Shown here piece by piece: positions 59,309 to 64,000 of a DNA stretch of 64,000 nucleotides. The position numbers were made by a program, and so were the translations under genes. The notes beneath the pieces are model-generated. The model saw nothing but the letters and a program-made list of their open reading frames with translations, did not search any database and was not told the DNA's origin. Source of the stretch: the human T2T-CHM13v2.0 reference genome, Homo sapiens; NCBI RefSeq assembly GCF_009914755.1, contig NC_060926.1. One strand, written 5' to 3'. Numbering within the stretch: the first letter of the stretch is position 1; each line of letters begins with the position of its first letter.

Positions 59309-59839
59309 TGTATTAGTCAGGGTATATATACATATACATATAATCAGGGTATATATACATATACATGTACATATATACACATATACCCTGACTAATACTT
59401 AATAAACTCCATATATATATATATAAATACTTAACAAACTCTATAGATATATACATGGAGTTTGTTAAGTATTAGCTTACATGATCACAAGGTCCCACAA
59501 TAGGCTGTCTGCAAGCTTGAGGAGCAAGGAGAGCCAGTCCAAGTCTCAAAACTGAAGCACTTGAAGTCTGATGTTTGAAGGTGGGAGGCATCCAGCATGG
59601 GAGAAAGATGTAGGCTGGGAGGCTAGGCCAGTCTCGCCTTTTCACTTTTTTCTGTCTGCTTTATATTCACTGGCAGCTGATTAGATTGTGCCCACCAGAT
59701 TAAGGGTGGGTCTGCCTTTCCCAACCCAGTGACTCAAATGTTAATCTCCTGAGGCATTGCCCTCACAGACACACCCAGGATCAATACTTTGCATTCTTCA
59801 ATCCAATCAAGTTGACTCTCAGTATTATTAACCATCACA
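59309..59839 (-). mobile_element. MLT2A (HERV-L) solo LTR with rearranged 3' end
   Basis: Minus strand starts TGTGATGGTTAATA...GTCAACTTGATTGGATTGAAG..TGCAAAGTATTGATCCTGGGTGTGTCTGTGAGGG and ends CCCTGACTAATACA; flanks CTCAC/CTCAA. Confidence 0.88.
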
Positions 59840-62800
59840 CTCAATTTATTGTAAGAAGAATGTTTCTTTTTCCTGGACTAAACAGGGGACTCCTTCAGAA
59901 ATCCACTGGTTTCTTCTCTCTGGGACCCACCTGGATTTGGTTAAGAGGGTATTGTATGAATCCATCATGAGGCAAGAGAGGACAGTGGATAAAGAAATGA
60001 CCTATTCTTGAGGCCACCAGAAAAGACTTATGGAGGCAGAAGCATGGCAGAAAACAGAACTTGGAAATGTAGGATAAAGAGCTAATTTGAGGAAGATGGG
60101 AGAACAGTGCGTGTCAAAGCACTTGGCATGATAAAGCATGGTGCCTATCACATTGTAGATGCACAATTAATGTCAGTAACAGAACGTTAAAGAGTGCAAG
60201 ATGCCTTAAAAGCAGTGTAAACCATCCTATTGCATATGAACTGCTGTACATTTGCTGGATACAAGTTTTAGGCAAGAGCATTGTTACCTAAATTGGTTTG
60301 AGTGAATTGTCAAAGGTATACATCTGATGCATTGGGGGAAACCGAGGTTCTGGCCTCAGAAATCTGAGTTCTGGCTTTGACTCTGTTGGCTCCTATTTGT
60401 GTGACCTTGGGACCTCATTTGCAAAGTGGAGATAATAACTTTCTTTTTCTTTGTGGAATTGTGGAGATGAAATGAAATGACAAAGAATTTGAAAGTTCAA
60501 AGCATAATATGAACATTAACTGCAACGCACAATGTGAACATAAAGGATTATTATTGTTGTTGTTATCCATTTGCCAGTCTCTTTACTGCTCTGTGAATGC
60601 CCCATAACCATTTGAGCCTTTGCTCATGGTCTCTTTACGCACTTGGAAGTCTCTCTGTGTAAAGTTAGGATTAGGTTTAGATACAGTTAACAAAAAACTC
60701 AAAATGACAGTGGTGTGTTTCTCTCCCATATGCTAGTCTAGATGCACTCCAGGGCTGGTAAGGGTGACCCAGGATTCTTCTATCTTGATGTTCTGGTGTG
60801 CGTGGTTGCCATTTCCAAGGTCACCTTATGGCCCAAGATAGCTGCTGGACCTGCAGCCATTACAGCCGTATTTTAGCAAGGAGAAAGGAAAGACAGATGG
60901 CAGGCTTCCTGTCTTTAAGGACATTCTCTGGGAGTTACATATGCCATTTAAAAATATATCTCATTGGTCAGAACTTCATCATGTGAACACATCTAAGTTC
61001 TGGAGAAACTGGCAAAAATGGTTTTTATTCGGAGTGGTCATGTGCCCAGCTAAAAATCAGGGTTCTAATTCATAATCATACTTCAAAATCAAATTCAGTT
61101 TATCTGCAAAATAGTTTGTATTAGGCAAATAAAGAGCTCGTCCATAGTACGGTTTCATTATGCTAGTAAATGAGTGAAACGCTTTACATGGATGATCTCA
61201 TTTAACCTGCAGCCCGGACCTGTGGGCTAGGCACCATCATTGTCTCAGTGTTCTAGATGAGGACCTATGGCTCAGAGTTGTAAAATGTCACTGCTTAGGT
61301 TTCCTGTGAAGCAACAACTCTGAGATGGAAATTAGCAATGAGTAGGCAGGATGTGTATTAGAGAGTGCTTTGGGGGATTAATACCTGCAAAAAGGAGGAG
61401 GGCATGGAAACAGGATAGGGCAGAGGGAAAAGCTGAGTTTCCGTTCATTTCAAGTAAGGGTCTCAGCTGACTCCCCAGGGACCTCTGGAGCTAGGATTGC
61501 CTTGCAGAGTTGTTCCAAGGCACTAGAGGGATCCCTCTGCTGATCACTCATTGGACACAAGCTGTCCTGGAAGGGAGCCTGACCCTGGGCAAATCACTCT
61601 CTCGGGCTGAGGCAATCCTTGTAGGAGGCTGACAGCTGAGGACTTTCTGCAGGCAGCTCTCCTGATGGCTACAAATTTAAGTCCTTCCTTCTTGAAACAA
61701 AATCCTGTAGGGATCAGAGAGCCCCCCCACATGAAGCCATTTGACTAAGCTTGCACTAAGTAGCAGGTGACAGAGCTGGGACTAGTACCCAGGACATGTG
61801 ACCCCAGCAGTTGGGATCTTCCTGCTGTGCTGAGGCTTGCGGCAGTTAAACAGCTTGCTGAAAGTCACCGCTAGCAAGTCAAATCCATAATCCCAGCACC
61901 CTCCTGTGGGTTCTAAATCAGTTTACTATATCGTCTCCCTAGAGTCTCTGTTGGTACTTTCTCATGGGAAATCTCCCCTGTTTCCTGTGTTGCATCTTCT
62001 TTCTTCTCTCTAAACAAGGTCTGGCAGTTAATAGAGCTCTGGTCTCCTAGGGGCTCAGCCCTCTACCAGGTGGAATGGAGTTCTGAGGACATGATCCTGC
62101 CCCAGCAGGGTTGCAGGCCACTTGGTGAGCCGAGGTTATCACCCACTGCAATGTTGGCGATTGCGGCAGACAGAGGAGTACTGGGTACTGCCTTGTGAGT
62201 CATGTCTGGATGTGCCGTGGGGTTCAGAGGAAGGAAAGGTTCCCCGAGGCTGGATGAGAAGATTTGTGCTCATGCCAGCTCCACCCCCGCTCTCACCACA
62301 CAGACTCCAGAGGCTGGAGCCATATTTCTCCTCTTTCAGAACCCATCAAGTGCTCAATAAGTGGGAAGGGATTTTAGAAACTTAGAACTGGAAGAAGATG
62401 GTCAAGTTTCTTAACTGAGAGATAGGAAAATAGAGGCCCAGAAAGCAGCATGGCTTGCCCAAGGGAACACAGCCAGGTGGCAGTAGCATGGCTGGCTTGA
62501 GAACCTGGGTTTCCCAACTCCCAGCTTCTCCACCACCATGAGCTGCCCCTGCTGAACAAGGACCATTCAGATGGGCTGGACACAGACTCCAGGCTGGTCC
62601 CTGCTTTCAGACATTCTCAGCAAAGCACTCAGGATCATCACTGTCACAATGAAGAGAGAAACAAAACACCGAATTGTAACTAGATGGCCTGTGGAAACAC
62701 TCCACAGAACTCTGTAACTGATTTCTACCAGGCCCAGCTGCCTCCTTGTTAGTCCAAGGCAATTGCTCCAACAAAGGGGGATGGGGGGGAAGAGTAAAAA

Positions 62801-62989
62801 TGTTCTATTTTGGGCTTATCACCTGGGACTTTCGACCATGGCGAGTCTGCAGAGAAGATTTAGGAATGATTCTATAGGAAGCCAGAGTGTGATAATCTTT
62901 AGATCGACAGTTCAATATGCAGAAAGCTCTTGCCTACCGCCCAAGAGAGGCTTCCTAATACACTGTAACCTGCATCTTCCTCCTAAAAC

Positions 62990-63800
62990 ATCTTAGCTCC
63001 ATGAAGCAATAAAACAGTCTGGCCTAAGTTACTGAGCTTCTTTGAAGTCCCAGAGAGGCCCATAAATAAGGTAGGTACTTTGGAAGGGGGGGGCACTCAT
63101 TTTGAGGGGTCCCTACGCAACTCTTTCAGAGCCACATTGATTTGTAGCTGCCTCTAAGTCAATTTCCTGGGGCTCATAAATCTTGATTCGAGCAAAACTA
63201 AAATGCCATCAATATTTATTTGATGCATTTATTGTCACTCCACAGAAAAAAAAATAAAAAGTCAGCATTCTCATCCGCCACCCCGGAGAAGGTATGGAAC
63301 ATAGCCATCCCTGGCTCCTCACAGACCATTTCGTTGTGAACCATAAACCCCACCCAGGTAACAAATGTACCATTTCATGGTCAGCAAGAGCGGTAACTGT
63401 CACTGGAGAAATAAAACTGAGTTATTGTTTCCAGTTTCCAAAGAACAGCAACAAGTATAAAAAAAAAAACCTGTATGTGATCCCTGTCCTCTTCCCCTCA
63501 AGACACCTGCAGCCGTCTAATGTTTCACTGAATCCTGCCACATAAATGCATAGCTTCACTCACTAATCCATATGGCTCCAGAGACCACTGTTACATGAGA
63601 ACTTAAACTGATGGGGCCAGGCAGCCCAGGGCAGCTTAATCTTTTTTAATTCAAATCGACTGAGTCCCATGTGGCCCGGAGATGATACCCTATATGCTGC
63701 AATCAGACTGACCTAGACTTCTTGTGCTCTAAATGATTAATGAAACTGCCTCGAGTTTGTTTCTATGGTGACTGGAAACCCGACCCGGACAGAGGAATCT
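62990..63800. promoter_or_regulatory. Candidate distal SIX2 enhancer (Hox/PBX/SIX/TCF motif cluster)
   Basis: Non-repetitive AT-rich block: CATAAA x4 (63061, 63175, 63342, 63541), CAATAAA x2, TGATTAAT (63734), TGATACCC (63683), CTTTGAAG (~63040). Confidence 0.5.
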
Positions 63801-64000
63801 GCCATTCACGGTGAATGGAACGGAAAGAGGGGAACAGGGGGACCCTGGCTGCTGGTGCTGGTCTTGAAGAGAAGATGCCCAAATGCCTCAACTCCTCCCC
63901 CAGGCCGCTGCTGTGGGTTCAGAAATTGCAGTGAGGGGAGAGGAAGAAAATGGCCCTCCTAGGGAAGTTTTAACTCAACAAAACTGCAGAATTATTTTAT

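Overview
Primate (human or great-ape) genomic DNA. The only host gene is the 5' half of the homeobox gene SIX2 on the minus strand: exon 1 CDS 2336->1777, part of intron 1, and a CpG-island promoter; exon 2 lies left of the window. The remaining ~60 kb is SIX2's upstream, repeat-rich regulatory desert. It holds a second CpG island, several homeodomain-site-dense candidate enhancers, and a complete internally deleted HERV-H provirus (27684-33377, minus strand, 5-bp TSD, perfect tRNA-His PBS, LTR7Y/7B-type LTRs). It also holds a full-length L1PA2-like LINE-1 (52782-58813, minus strand) with dead ORF1/ORF2 but an intact antisense ORF0, plus many Alu, MIR, L2, MaLR/ERVL LTR and MITE copies. I see no evidence for a new protein-coding system. 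The most interesting signals are regulatory or structural: tandem in-frame splice donors and two uORFs in SIX2, a PBX-MEIS/PREP 11-mer repeated three times, SIX autoregulatory motifs, a Hox/SIX-rich distal enhancer candidate, asymmetric HERV-H LTRs, and a template-switch palindromic scar in an MLT2A LTR. Repeat subfamily calls are from recalled consensus sequences, not from a RepeatMasker run.
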